Source of the DNA: Verrucomicrobiota bacterium
GTDB taxonomy: Bacteria; Verrucomicrobiota; Verrucomicrobiia; Opitutales; Seribacteraceae
Length of the DNA: 64,000 bases
Assembly (NCBI GenBank): GCA_027622665.1
Contig: JAQBYT010000002.1
Location: 288,001 to 352,000 of the forward strand
Direction: 5' to 3'
Below are positions 22,056-31,639 of this stretch, piece by piece (the first letter of the stretch is position 1; the number at the start of each line of letters is the position of its first letter). The notes beneath the pieces were generated by a model. The model saw only the letters and a program-made list of their open reading frames with translations. It did not search any database and had not been told where the DNA came from. The position numbers were made by a program, and so were the translations under genes.

Positions 22056-22781
22056 GTGACCTCCGATGCCTCCAATCGATTAATTGCCGCTACGGTCGAC
22101 CTCAAGGATCAGGTGAATGAGCTCAACTTTGGTTCGCCGACCGAGTATGTTTACAATCCATTGGATTATGCTTGGCCCGCCCATGAACAGTATTTGCGAA
22201 TGGCCACCGCCACCCCGACGAAGGTTGTGTTTCTGGGCATGAATCCCGGCCCTTTTGGAATGGTTCAGACTGGGGTTCCCTTTGGCGAAGTCGCGGCTGT
22301 TAAGGGCTGGATCGGAATCAATGCGCCGATTGGCAAACCGCCCCGAGAGCATCCCAAGCGACCTGTTGAAGGCTTGGCTTGTTCCCGAAGCGAGGTGAGT
22401 GGTCGCCGCTTGTGGGGTCTCTTCGCCGACCGTTTTGGCTCGGCGCCTGCCTTCTTCGAGGATCACCTTGTGGCGAACTTTTGCCCTCTGGCTTTCATGG
22501 AGGAGGGAGGGCGTAACCGGACTCCTGACAAACTGCCCGCCTCCGAAGCAAAACCACTATTGGCAGCCTGCGACCAGTACTTGTTTGAAACAGTAAGAAT
22601 TCTTCGACCAGATTGGTTGGTCGCCGTAGGAGGATTTGCCGAGGCTCGAGCTATTTCTGCCTTGGCGGGTTTGGAGGTAAGGATTGGTAAGGTGCTGCAT
22701 CCAAGCCCCGCTAGTCCTGCCGCAAATCGAGGTTGGGCCGAACAAGCTACCCATCAACTAGAAAACCAGGGGATTTGGTGA
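22056..22781 (+). CDS. smug1: SMUG1-type (family 3) uracil-DNA glycosylase
   Basis: FLGMNPGPFGMVQTGVPFG, SEVSG, NRTPD, LHPSP motifs. Confidence 0.92.
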   Translation: MTSDASNRLIAATVDLKDQVNELNFGSPTEYVYNPLDYAWPAHEQYLRMATATPTKVVFLGMNPGPFGMVQTGVPFGEVAAVKGWIGINAPIGKPPREHPKRPVEGLACSRSEVSGRRLWGLFADRFGSAPAFFEDHLVANFCPLAFMEEGGRNRTPDKLPASEAKPLLAACDQYLFETVRILRPDWLVAVGGFAEARAISALAGLEVRIGKVLHPSPASPAANRGWAEQATHQLENQGIW

Positions 22782-22814
22782 ATGAATCCTAATCTTTTAT
22801 GAATCCATGACTTT

Positions 22815-23253
22815 CTGTCCAAAACCTATGAATTTCCTATCGTTCATGAAGGCCCCGTACTTTCGTCAACCTCGGTGAATGGAAAGAAATTCGTTCTTCA
22901 TTTTCAATCAACTGGTTCCGGCTTGATTGGCGCCCGAAAGGGAAAGCTCGATGCCTTTGCACTTGCCGGAAAGCACCGCGTCTGGCACCGGGCTGAAGCG
23001 AGTATGGAGAAGGAGGTGATCGGTTCTTTCGTTCATCAAGGTCCAAAAGCCTGTGGCAGCCCGTTACGCTTGGGCTATGAACCTTTCTAAAAGAAACCTC
23101 CTTTACAAAAAAGAAGGGTTTCCTGCTTCCCCTTTCCGGAACGACGATTGGCCCATCTTCGATCCCAAGCCAGACCTAATCGATGTGGCCAAGCCTGAAA
23201 AGCCAAAGGGGTATCAATCCAAGGACTGGACCCGCCCCTATATGCTCGAGTGA
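22815..23253 (+). pseudogene. C-terminal remnant of a sialate O-acetylesterase gene (frameshifted)
   Basis: HEGPVL..FALAGKHRVWHRAEA, then in another frame [30 protein letters not shown], which is the typical sialate O-acetylesterase C-terminus. Confidence 0.75.
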
Positions 23254-23437
23254 GTCTTCCACTCGAATCCTCATGAAGAAACGTTTTCATCAGATTGTTT
23301 CCTTCTTCTTCTGGTCTTCTTCTCTCCATACGGTAGGCCGTTCAAATGGGGTCAAGTTCAGGGAATTATGGATCGGGGGAATCCATTGATTCACTTTTGC
23401 TTCGATTTCGAGACTGTAATCCTTCACATTCGATTCG

Positions 23438-25180
23438 ATGGAAAAAAAAGACATTGTCGGTGTACTCGAGCAAATCGGTACCATGATGGAGATCAAGGGG
23501 GAAAACCCTTTCAAGGTGCGGGCCTATTTTTCGGGTGCGAGAACCTTGCAGACATTGGAGGAGGATCTGGCTCAAGTAATCGAGGAAGGCCGGTTGAGTG
23601 CAGTCCCCGGCATCGGCAAGGCTTTGACCGAGAAAATCCAGACCTTATACGCGACCGGCGAACTTGAGTTTTATGACAAGCTGGTCGCCTCAGTTCCATC
23701 CGGCTTGCTCGATCTGCTCGAAATTCCCGGCCTTGGAGGAAAGAAAATCAAGGTTTTGCACGAGCAACTGGGCATCGACTCGATCGAGTCCCTGACGGAG
23801 GCCTGCAACGAGGGCAGGGTCGCCGAGCTCAAGGGGTTCGGTGAAAAGACCCAGGAAAAGATTCTCTCCGGGATCAAGAATCGGGAAGCCTACGCTGCCC
23901 GCCATCTTTGGTGGAAGGCAAGGGAGGTAGCGGACCGAATCCTGTCCGGTTTGCAGGACCTGCCTCAAGTTGAGCGGGTCGAGGCCGCCGGCAGCCTCCG
24001 CCGTGGAATGGAAACGGTGGGCGACCTTGACTTCTTGGTCGCCTCCTCCGAACCGGGTCCGGTCATGGACTGGTTTACGAGCATGGATGGAATCGCGGAG
24101 GTTACGGCCCATGGAGACACCAAGTCGAGCGTGCGCTTTGATGACGGTATGCAGGCGGACCTGCGGGTCGTCCCGGGCGAGCAATTCTTTTTCGCCCTGC
24201 ATCACTTTACGGGTTCCAAGGACCACAACGTTCGGATGCGCCAGAAGGCCCTTTCCCTTGGGTTAAGTCTGAGCGAATGGGGCCTTCGACCGGAAGAGGA
24301 AAAAGATTCTTCCCGCAAGGCGGGCCCGATCGCGGCCCATTCCGAGGAGGATATCTTCGAGGCCCTTGGGCTGCAGTACGTCCCGCCTGCTCTCAGGGAA
24401 GGATTGGGTGAAGTCGAGGTGGCGGAGAAAAACGAGCTTCCCGAATTGCTTGAGCTTTCAGATCTCAAGGGTTGCTTCCATAACCACACCACTGCCTCTG
24501 ATGGCCGAAACACTTTGGGGGAGATGGCCGGCGAGGCGGATGCTCGGGGCTGGGAATACCTCGGCATAGCCGATCATTCTAAGTCCAGCTTTCAAGCCAA
24601 CGGGCTGGACGAGGACCGTCTGGCCAAGCAAGTCACGGCTATCCGTGAACTCAATGAGAGCGGACGGTTCCGATGCCATGTTTTTGCCGGTTCCGAAGTT
24701 GACGTACTCTCGGGTGGCAAACTCGATTTCGAGGATTCCGTACTCGAGTCCCTCGATTACGTCGTGGCTTCCGTCCATGCCGGCCTGACTCAGGACGAGG
24801 AGACCATGACCGCTCGGATCATCAAGGCACTCGAGCATCCCTCGGTCACTATGTTTGGTCACCTCAGTACTCGCCTGCTTCTGAGGCGGGAACCCAGTCG
24901 GATGAATATACCGAAAATTATCGATGCGGCTATCGCCAACGGCAAGATTTTGGAACTGAATGCCAACCCCATGCGCCTCGACTTGGACTGGAGGCACTGG
25001 AGGCGGGCTGCGGAGAAGGGGCTGCTTTGCTGCATCAACCCGGATGCCCACGCCACCCATCACTTCGACTACCAGCTTGCCGGTGTCCATGCCGCCCGCA
25101 AGGGATGGTTGACCGCCGATGAAGTGCTTAATACCCGTACCCTGAACGAGATCAAGGAGTACCTCGCCGGCACGGGCTGA
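23438..25180 (+). CDS. polX: DNA polymerase X with PHP domain
   Basis: ENPFKVRAY, HhH motifs, AGSLRR..ETVGDLD (intact DxD), HFTGSKDHN; PHP motifs HNH, DHS, GSEVD, SVH, INPDAH. Confidence 0.95.
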   Translation: MEKKDIVGVLEQIGTMMEIKGENPFKVRAYFSGARTLQTLEEDLAQVIEEGRLSAVPGIGKALTEKIQTLYATGELEFYDKLVASVPSGLLDLLEIPGLGGKKIKVLHEQLGIDSIESLTEACNEGRVAELKGFGEKTQEKILSGIKNREAYAARHLWWKAREVADRILSGLQDLPQVERVEAAGSLRRGMETVGDLDFLVASSEPGPVMDWFTSMDGIAEVTAHGDTKSSVRFDDGMQADLRVVPGEQFFFALHHFTGSKDHNVRMRQKALSLGLSLSEWGLRPEEEKDSSRKAGPIAAHSEEDIFEALGLQYVPPALREGLGEVEVAEKNELPELLELSDLKGCFHNHTTASDGRNTLGEMAGEADARGWEYLGIADHSKSSFQANGLDEDRLAKQVTAIRELNESGRFRCHVFAGSEVDVLSGGKLDFEDSVLESLDYVVASVHAGLTQDEETMTARIIKALEHPSVTMFGHLSTRLLLRREPSRMNIPKIIDAAIANGKILELNANPMRLDLDWRHWRRAAEKGLLCCINPDAHATHHFDYQLAGVHAARKGWLTADEVLNTRTLNEIKEYLAGTG

Positions 25181-25198
25181 GCTTCTCTCTTCCTCCCC

Positions 25199-25372
25199 AT
25201 GCATTTTCTCTTGGGAGCCCTTATGTCTTTACCGGTAGGGCTTTTCGGTAAACCCAACTTCATGATCTTTCTTGCCGACGATTTGGGCTACGGGGACGTC
25301 GGTTATCAGGGCGGAAACGTACCGAACCCGAATATTGATTCGATCGCCAAGGAAGGTGTGATCTTTACCTAG
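25199..25372 (+). pseudogene. 5' remnant of a sulfatase gene (57 codons)
   Basis: [57 protein letters not shown]; stops before the CxPxR motif. Confidence 0.85.
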
Positions 25373-25629
25373 CAGACCTTCGGGTTCTGGGAAAAGATAG
25401 GTCCTTTTCGTGTATCCAAGGAAGTGGAGCCCGGGATTCCCCTGACCTTGGGGAAAACATGGCACGAGGTGAAACGTGTGCGAGTGTGGTCCGCCAAACC
25501 GAACCCGGAATGGGAGCAGTTCAAAGGGGAAGCCCTTTATGTCTAAAGTTCACGATTATCGGAACACCATATGTCCCTAGTCCTTGCTATTGTCTGATGG
25601 GAGTGCGCTTTTTCTCCATCATTCTTTCT

Positions 25630-26823
25630 TCATTTGCCGTTGAATGCGGGTATTAGTTTTTGTGGGAGTGATCGGAGCATGGTTCCCATCCCTTTGTTGT
25701 GTGCTGTGGCGACGATGACTAGGTTTAATTCGGGGAACATGAAAATGAATTGACCACCGGCTCCGCGCCCTTGCTTGCATTGGTAAGTTTTGCCGTCGAC
25801 CTCGAATTCCTCCACCCACCAAAAGTATCCATAGTAGGCATTCCCGTAGCTGAGCTTGATCGGGTGGGTGGCTTTTTTGACGAATGCCTCGGGCAAGTGC
25901 TGCTTCCCCTTCCACTTTCCATCGTTAAGAACAAGGAGGCCCATCTTGATCATGTCGCGGGAGAGGAAACTTGATCCGGCCGCCGATTGGGGCAGGCCAC
26001 TTACGTCCTCCTGCCAATGGTAATTCGTAATTTGCATAGGCTTGAGCAGTTCATCCCTAATGAAATCCTTCGCTGATCCTGGGACAACGCTCTCAATTAC
26101 TTGCATGGTGAGGACGGGATCGGCGGCTTGGTATTTGAATTCGCGGGGGTAGGGTGAAATGGGTTCACTAAACTGCAAGTAGGCTCGAGCTTGACCTTGC
26201 CCCTTGAGCAAGCTGGGGGTTCTCATGAGTTGACGGATCTTCTCCTTGGGCAACCGGACCCCCGAGCACATATGCATTGCTTCGTGCAAAGTGACCTGCT
26301 CGGCACCGTCGGCAAGCTTGGAGGGATCAACCTTCTTGAGAAAGGAAACGACAGGTTTGTCCAAGTCCTGCATAGTGAGGTAACCGAGTTGGATGGCCCG
26401 ACCTAGGGCAAAAGCTGTGTAGGACTTCGTGATCGACATTTGATAGTGTGGATAATTCGCCCGTCCCCGTCGGAAGTAAGCTTCGAAGATCAATTTATCT
26501 TTGTGGGCGATGAGCAGGCTGTCGGTCTTGCCGGTCTTGGGATCGTTAGACGCTTGGGCCAGTTCGCGAGCATAGGCGAGAACCAGTTTCCTGTTTCCGC
26601 CGTCTTTCCCGAGCACCCCTACGGGCAATTGATCCTTCTTGTCGCCCGGGGCAGGATCGATGAAGGATTTTTTAAGGTAGGTAAGGTTCTTTTCCCGTTC
26701 GTAGGAGACGTCCTTGGCATTGAGGTCGGTGACCTCGGGAGCGAGTCCGGTACTCGGTTTTGCGTTTGTCGCAAAAAGGGGCAGGCATGCGAGGAGGAAA
26801 CAGGTGAGGTTCTTGGATTTCAT
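25630..26823 (-). CDS. Serine hydrolase, beta-lactamase/class C-like family
   Basis: SITK (SxxK), FKYQ, YGYFWW, GAGGQFI. Confidence 0.85.
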   Translation of the reverse strand: MKSKNLTCFLLACLPLFATNAKPSTGLAPEVTDLNAKDVSYEREKNLTYLKKSFIDPAPGDKKDQLPVGVLGKDGGNRKLVLAYARELAQASNDPKTGKTDSLLIAHKDKLIFEAYFRRGRANYPHYQMSITKSYTAFALGRAIQLGYLTMQDLDKPVVSFLKKVDPSKLADGAEQVTLHEAMHMCSGVRLPKEKIRQLMRTPSLLKGQGQARAYLQFSEPISPYPREFKYQAADPVLTMQVIESVVPGSAKDFIRDELLKPMQITNYHWQEDVSGLPQSAAGSSFLSRDMIKMGLLVLNDGKWKGKQHLPEAFVKKATHPIKLSYGNAYYGYFWWVEEFEVDGKTYQCKQGRGAGGQFIFMFPELNLVIVATAHNKGMGTMLRSLPQKLIPAFNGK

Positions 26824-26958
26824 GTTTGTCGATAATGGAGTGACTCATCTTGGGTACTGCCTGCAAGTCGGATCAACCCGCATGGGACGTGAAATTAATG
26901 ACTATTCAAACTCCTATGACATTGACAAGATTAAGGATTACGAAAGGAATCATATATT

Positions 26959-27792
26959 ATGATAAAAAAATCTACCTTTGTTGTGCCTTTCCTTGTGTCC
27001 GGATTAATGGCTTTTGGGGCCAAGGCTAAAGAACCCGAAGTCCGCAAGGAAATGCGCGGGAAAACGGAGTACATGTTCATCGATGGGATCAAGGTTCATG
27101 AGACCGACCCGAAGAAACAACCCCAGCCCAAGGTGGTCGAACCCAAGCCATATGACGCAAAGGCCGCCAAGGCTCCCGAGGGTGCTATCGTACTTTTCGA
27201 TGGGACCGAGAACACTCTCAAAAATTGGCAGGCAGGTAATGGTGGGCCGACCAAGTGGAAACTCGTGGATGGAGCACTCGAATCCGTTCGAGGGGGTGGC
27301 TACCTCCAGAGTAAGGGACAATTTGGTTCCTGTCGCCTACACGTTGAGTTCGCCACTCCCAAGGTGGCCAAGGGCAATGGCCAAGGCCGTGGAAACAGTG
27401 GCGTCTTTCTCATGGGGCAGTACGAAATTCAAGTTCTTGATTCCTACAAAAACATAACCTACCCGGACGGACAGTGCGGCGCCCTCTACGGACGGGCCAA
27501 ACCCCTCGTCAATGCATCGCGTGGGCCTGGCGAATGGCAGACCTACGACGTCACCTTCAATCGTCCGATCTTCAACGAAAAGGGCGAGGTTACCAAAAAG
27601 GCGAAATTTCACGTCGTTCACAACGGTCACGTCATCCATGATAATCTCGAGTTGACTGGTGGAACTGGTTGGCGCGGGTCTCACTCAATTTCGGAATACA
27701 AGAAGCACGGGGACAAAGGCCCGCTGAAGATGCAGGACCATGGGAATCCGGTCCGCTTCCGAAATGTCTGGGTGGTCGAGCTGAAGGACTGA
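26959..27792 (+). CDS. DUF1080 (3-keto-disaccharide hydrolase) domain protein
   Basis: LFDG, LHVEF, GNSGVF, YEIQVLD, LKMQDHG.PVRFRN. Confidence 0.9.
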   Translation: MIKKSTFVVPFLVSGLMAFGAKAKEPEVRKEMRGKTEYMFIDGIKVHETDPKKQPQPKVVEPKPYDAKAAKAPEGAIVLFDGTENTLKNWQAGNGGPTKWKLVDGALESVRGGGYLQSKGQFGSCRLHVEFATPKVAKGNGQGRGNSGVFLMGQYEIQVLDSYKNITYPDGQCGALYGRAKPLVNASRGPGEWQTYDVTFNRPIFNEKGEVTKKAKFHVVHNGHVIHDNLELTGGTGWRGSHSISEYKKHGDKGPLKMQDHGNPVRFRNVWVVELKD

Positions 27793-27861
27793 TTTACATC
27801 GCGGAAGATTTGCTTTCTTGGTTCCTCTCTCTTTCATTTCGGTCTGGCACAACCCCTGGTC

Positions 27862-28044
27862 GGGCGACTCGGTCCTTTTGCGAGACACCACCGGCAAGGT
27901 TCTGCCATACCCAACAGCAATGTCGCAAAGATCGACGTAAGCCCCGTCTCCCTCATGCCGCCCGGGTTGACCGCGTCCCTCCGCCGCGACGAAATGATCG
28001 ACCTCCTGAAGTATCTCACTTCTCTGGGCATGAAACATCCCTGA
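27862..28044 (+). pseudogene. C-terminal remnant of a PVC-type heme-binding protein
   Basis: DSVLLRDTTGK /frameshift/ IPNSNVAKIDVSPVSLMPPGLTASLRRDEMIDLLKYLTSL resembles the SLMP.GL...L...E..DL tail of the 36122 protein. Confidence 0.7.
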
Positions 28045-28087
28045 AACATCCCGCTAACATTTAGGTACTTCCATCCAGGAATTACCA

Positions 28088-28756
28088 ATGGAATGGAAAA
28101 CTCACGTTGTCGTGTTGTTCCTGCTTGCCGCTGTTCCATCGTGGGGAAAGCAGGCAGTCACTCCGTTGCACAAGGACGTTTCCTATGGTGACCACAAGGC
28201 TCAAGCGGTCGACGTTTACCTGCCGAAGTCCGACAAGCCGACTCCGGCGATGATCCACATCCACGGTGGTGGCTGGCGAGGTGGGTCGAAGCTGCATGTG
28301 CCGGCTTTTCTTAAACGGGCCGTGGCGGAAGGGTGGTTGGCGGTGGTGCCGGTTGAATATCGGTTTACGCATGTGGCCACTCACCCGGCCCAAACGAATG
28401 ATTGCCTGCGAGCGGTGCAGTTCGTCAGGTCAAAGGCCAAGGAATGGAACATCGATCCGACCCGCCTTGGGGCAACGGGTGGTTCTGCCGGCGGGCACCT
28501 TACGATGTTCGTTGCCTCGCATGACGGCCTCGCTGATTCCGATTCCGACGAACCGGTCGCCAGGCAATCGTCCCGCATCCAATGCGCTGTCCCGTTCGCC
28601 GGGCCGTCCGATTGGTCTTTGCTCTCCACGATCAAGCACGACCACCCGGCTTATCGCCAGTTAATAGGCTACGAACCGGGCACTCCTCCGGGCGACATGA
28701 AGGAAGCAATAAAGAAGAAAGTCTCGCCGAGAAGGCCTTCGCCTTGGATCGCTTGA
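28088..28756 (+). pseudogene. Alpha/beta hydrolase (BD-FAE/Aes-like), C-terminally truncated
   Basis: HGGGW, GGSAGG; stops after VSP, before the expected catalytic Asp/His region. Confidence 0.72.
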
Positions 28757-28821
28757 AAGGGGTCAATCCCCGGGTAGCCACCCTCCGAGACCTCGAGCAA
28801 ATTCTGAGCGACGCCTTTTGA
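28723..28821 (+). pseudogene. C-terminal remnant resembling an iron-containing alcohol dehydrogenase
   Basis: LAEKAFALDRLKGVNPRVATLRDLEQILSDAF* matches the NPR...DL..IL..A tail of Fe-ADHs. Confidence 0.55.
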
Positions 28822-28946
28822 GCTGAACTACCCCGCTGGAAACCTGAATGACATCAAAAAGTAATTACCAATGAATTGGGAAGCTTCACAATACCCTCCT
28901 TCTACGACTTTTCATTTTTGGCCCAACGTTTCATTTGCATTTCTTT

Positions 28947-30341
28947 TCAGCGTTTGAGTTCTACCCGGGTGTAGGGACTGGAAAGGTAGGTTTTGTAGGG
29001 TATTCCTTTGTGGCGCAGGGTTTTTAGGTGGTTGGTGAAGAAATCAATCCGGGAGGCTTCGGGGTCGATTTTGATCTTCACCGACCAGTGGTTTCCTTCG
29101 CGTTTCATTTCCATCGACTGGTCATCCGGAATCATCTCGCTCAAATAACTTGGGCTACCGTCGGGCGCCCGATCGAAGATCCACCATATGCGTCCGTTTT
29201 CCTCTTCGGAGGCGGCGGGAAAAGAGGTCATTACCTTAATGAATTTTCCTTCCTTGGTATAGTTTACTTCAGGAGGCGTGAGAAGAGAGCCTTTCATTTC
29301 ATCGGCAAAGAAATGGCTGAGCAAGAAGGCGGACTTGTTCTGTTGATCGCGTTCGGTCATCGGATGCCCTCTTTTGCCATGTCCTGAGTTTGCCCCAAGG
29401 TACACCGGGATCGTCGGGTGGTTGGCACCTCCCCAAGCCATGTCGAAGGCCACCATGTCATGGGTGCCGGGATGAAACAGCATCTTGACTCCTCGCTTCC
29501 TTAGTTGTTCGAGGTTGCGGGAAATGAAGACCTGATCGGAAATATCCCGAGAAAATTTCTGCAGTTCTTTCCATTTCCCCCCGGCATCGAGGACGCGTTC
29601 GTTGAAATTAGGCCCAAAATGACCGCCGGAGAAACCCCCGCGCCTTCCCGGTTGTGATCGTAATTCCTTCCATGCTTCATCTTCGCAAAGACGCAGAGGC
29701 GAAGCCCAGATGGGGGAGACCGTGGCGTGCACTGCAGTCATTCGCTGATCGTGGAGGATCGCCATCGATGGAGACGCGCCGTTCTTTGATCCACCGGTTG
29801 CTGCGACTTTACCCTTTTCGAAATGATCCGTTTCGGCGTAAGCGGTGGTGATGGCCCGCATCAAGGTGGCGGGCCAGGCCCAGTATTGAATTTTGAATCT
29901 GGGGTTGAGGGTTTCGGCGAACTTTTTTTCCGCGGCTTGGGCCATTTCCCGTTGTCCATAAGATCCGGGTTCCTGAACCACGGTGGTGACCAGTCCGATT
30001 CCGCCCTTGAGGAATTCACGGTCGATCGGGTTGGGCCTGACGTCCTTTTGCAGTCGGGAAGGGACACTGCCACCAGTGAGATGGAAACCTTTTGCTTTGC
30101 GTTTTGCGGGCACAACCATGCGGACCGGAACCCGGTATTCCTGCCCGGGCCAGAGGTCACCGACATTGATCGTGACCAGCTTCTGACGGGTTTCGATGAG
30201 GCCATCAACCTTGTGCCAGTCTTGCAGTACCTTGATCTTAAGCGTGCTTGGGTCTTGGATCTCATCCATATCGAAGACCTTCATTCCAAAGGCTGGGGTT
30301 GAAAGAAAAAGAAGGAGAAAGCTGAGTGTTTGTGGTTTCAT
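28947..30341 (-). CDS. Secreted protein, possible alpha/beta-hydrolase (PqaA-like)
   Basis: Signal peptide; GGSKNG nucleophile-elbow-like motif, GTHD, SGH. Confidence 0.55.
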   Translation of the reverse strand: MKPQTLSFLLLFLSTPAFGMKVFDMDEIQDPSTLKIKVLQDWHKVDGLIETRQKLVTINVGDLWPGQEYRVPVRMVVPAKRKAKGFHLTGGSVPSRLQKDVRPNPIDREFLKGGIGLVTTVVQEPGSYGQREMAQAAEKKFAETLNPRFKIQYWAWPATLMRAITTAYAETDHFEKGKVAATGGSKNGASPSMAILHDQRMTAVHATVSPIWASPLRLCEDEAWKELRSQPGRRGGFSGGHFGPNFNERVLDAGGKWKELQKFSRDISDQVFISRNLEQLRKRGVKMLFHPGTHDMVAFDMAWGGANHPTIPVYLGANSGHGKRGHPMTERDQQNKSAFLLSHFFADEMKGSLLTPPEVNYTKEGKFIKVMTSFPAASEEENGRIWWIFDRAPDGSPSYLSEMIPDDQSMEMKREGNHWSVKIKIDPEASRIDFFTNHLKTLRHKGIPYKTYLSSPYTRVELKR

Positions 30342-30373
30342 GAGATTGATTTTATTTTTTGTTTTTTCGATAC

Positions 30374-30530
30374 TTAACCAAGGTGGGGCATGCCTGCCGA
30401 GTTGGAAAGCAAGGGCTTGGGGTTTTCTACAAAAGCGGCAGGTCGGACGTCTCGTTTGATTTCTTCGACATGGGCATCGAGTTCGACTTTCAATTCCTTT
30501 ACTCTTTCCGGGTATTGATCGGCGAGGTCT
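30374..30530 (-). pseudogene. C-terminal remnant of an arylsulfatase-like gene
   Basis: Minus strand reads DLADQYPERVKELKVELDAHVEEIKRDVRPAAFVENPKPLL...*, typical of a sulfatase tail; no start. Confidence 0.6.
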
Positions 30531-30716
30531 GGACGTTTGTAAATATGGAAATCAGAGAAAGGGTTAAGGCATGCTGAGGAAGGAGGGCTTTAGTGTGATA
30601 GTGATGCTGCTGCGAAGGATTGAATGAATTGTCAGTATGCTTTAGCAATGGATAATGGCTCGATTGACCTGCGTTTTGTATCGTAGCGTGAGTGATCTTT
30701 TCTCATAACATGCGGG

Positions 30717-31532
30717 ATGAAAACTCTTCCCGTTTGGATTCTCTTTGTTTGCCTCATTAGCCCCTCGGCTCGTTCATTCGCCGACGAGGGAGTCGGGCAC
30801 CACCATCCCAAAGGTGAACGACTCAAGGTTTTGTCTTTTTCGGGTACCGGTTGGTATCGTCATCCGGAAACCGCGGCCATCAATCGCTGGCTGGTCTTGC
30901 TTGGCGACAAGAAAGGGTTCGACGTCGACGTGTCCGAGGACGGCAAGGATTTGCGCCCGAAACAGATCTCACGCTACCAGGTGATCATCCTCAACAACGC
31001 CAACGAATTGTTCACTATATTGTCTGAGGATGAAAGGAAGTCGGTCGAGGACTGGTACGCCGGCGGCAAGGGCATTGTCGCCCTGCACGCTGCTCTCGTG
31101 CACCAGCAGGACTGGAAATGGTTGAGTGATTTGGGTGGCTGCGACTTCGATAGTGACTCCGAATACTTGAAGGCCAAGGTTGTGGTCGATCCTGCCGCCA
31201 AGGAGCATCCCACTGTCCAAGGCCATGGGGACTCCTTCTGGTACGCCGCGGACTGGACCAATCACACCCGGACGGTGACCGGCCTCCCCGGCTTTAAGGT
31301 TTTGCTGCGGGTGGACGAATCAACCTACGACCCAGTCCGCGACTTTTTTAAAAAGCGCGGCGGCAAGGCTATGGGGAAGGATCACCCCGTGGCTTGGATT
31401 ACGGAGAACGGTGGAGGTCGCTTTTTCTACACAGAGCTTGGCCATGACGTTGCTAGCCTAGACACCCCGTTCGGTCGCCGGCACGTGACCGAGGCCGTTC
31501 GCTGGGCCGCGGATCACAAGGATAAGAAGTAG
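30717..31532 (+). CDS. ThuA-like domain protein
   Basis: GWYRH, GKGIVALH, MGKDHPVAW, GGRFFYTELGH. Confidence 0.88.
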   Translation: MKTLPVWILFVCLISPSARSFADEGVGHHHPKGERLKVLSFSGTGWYRHPETAAINRWLVLLGDKKGFDVDVSEDGKDLRPKQISRYQVIILNNANELFTILSEDERKSVEDWYAGGKGIVALHAALVHQQDWKWLSDLGGCDFDSDSEYLKAKVVVDPAAKEHPTVQGHGDSFWYAADWTNHTRTVTGLPGFKVLLRVDESTYDPVRDFFKKRGGKAMGKDHPVAWITENGGGRFFYTELGHDVASLDTPFGRRHVTEAVRWAADHKDKK

Positions 31533-31639
31533 GATTACATAGTGGGGAAACTCATCTGTCATTACGGTTATCGATTTTGTCTTTTTGCATGATTAGATTT
31601 CTTTTGCTCCATTCTCCGAATTTCTTTTCTTTTTGCTGC

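Noticed and set aside
28080..28890. aattaccaatg repeated at 28080 and 28863, each including an ATG
   Set aside because: Only 11 bp exact; may be chance or a paralogue start remnant, not enough to call a repeat element
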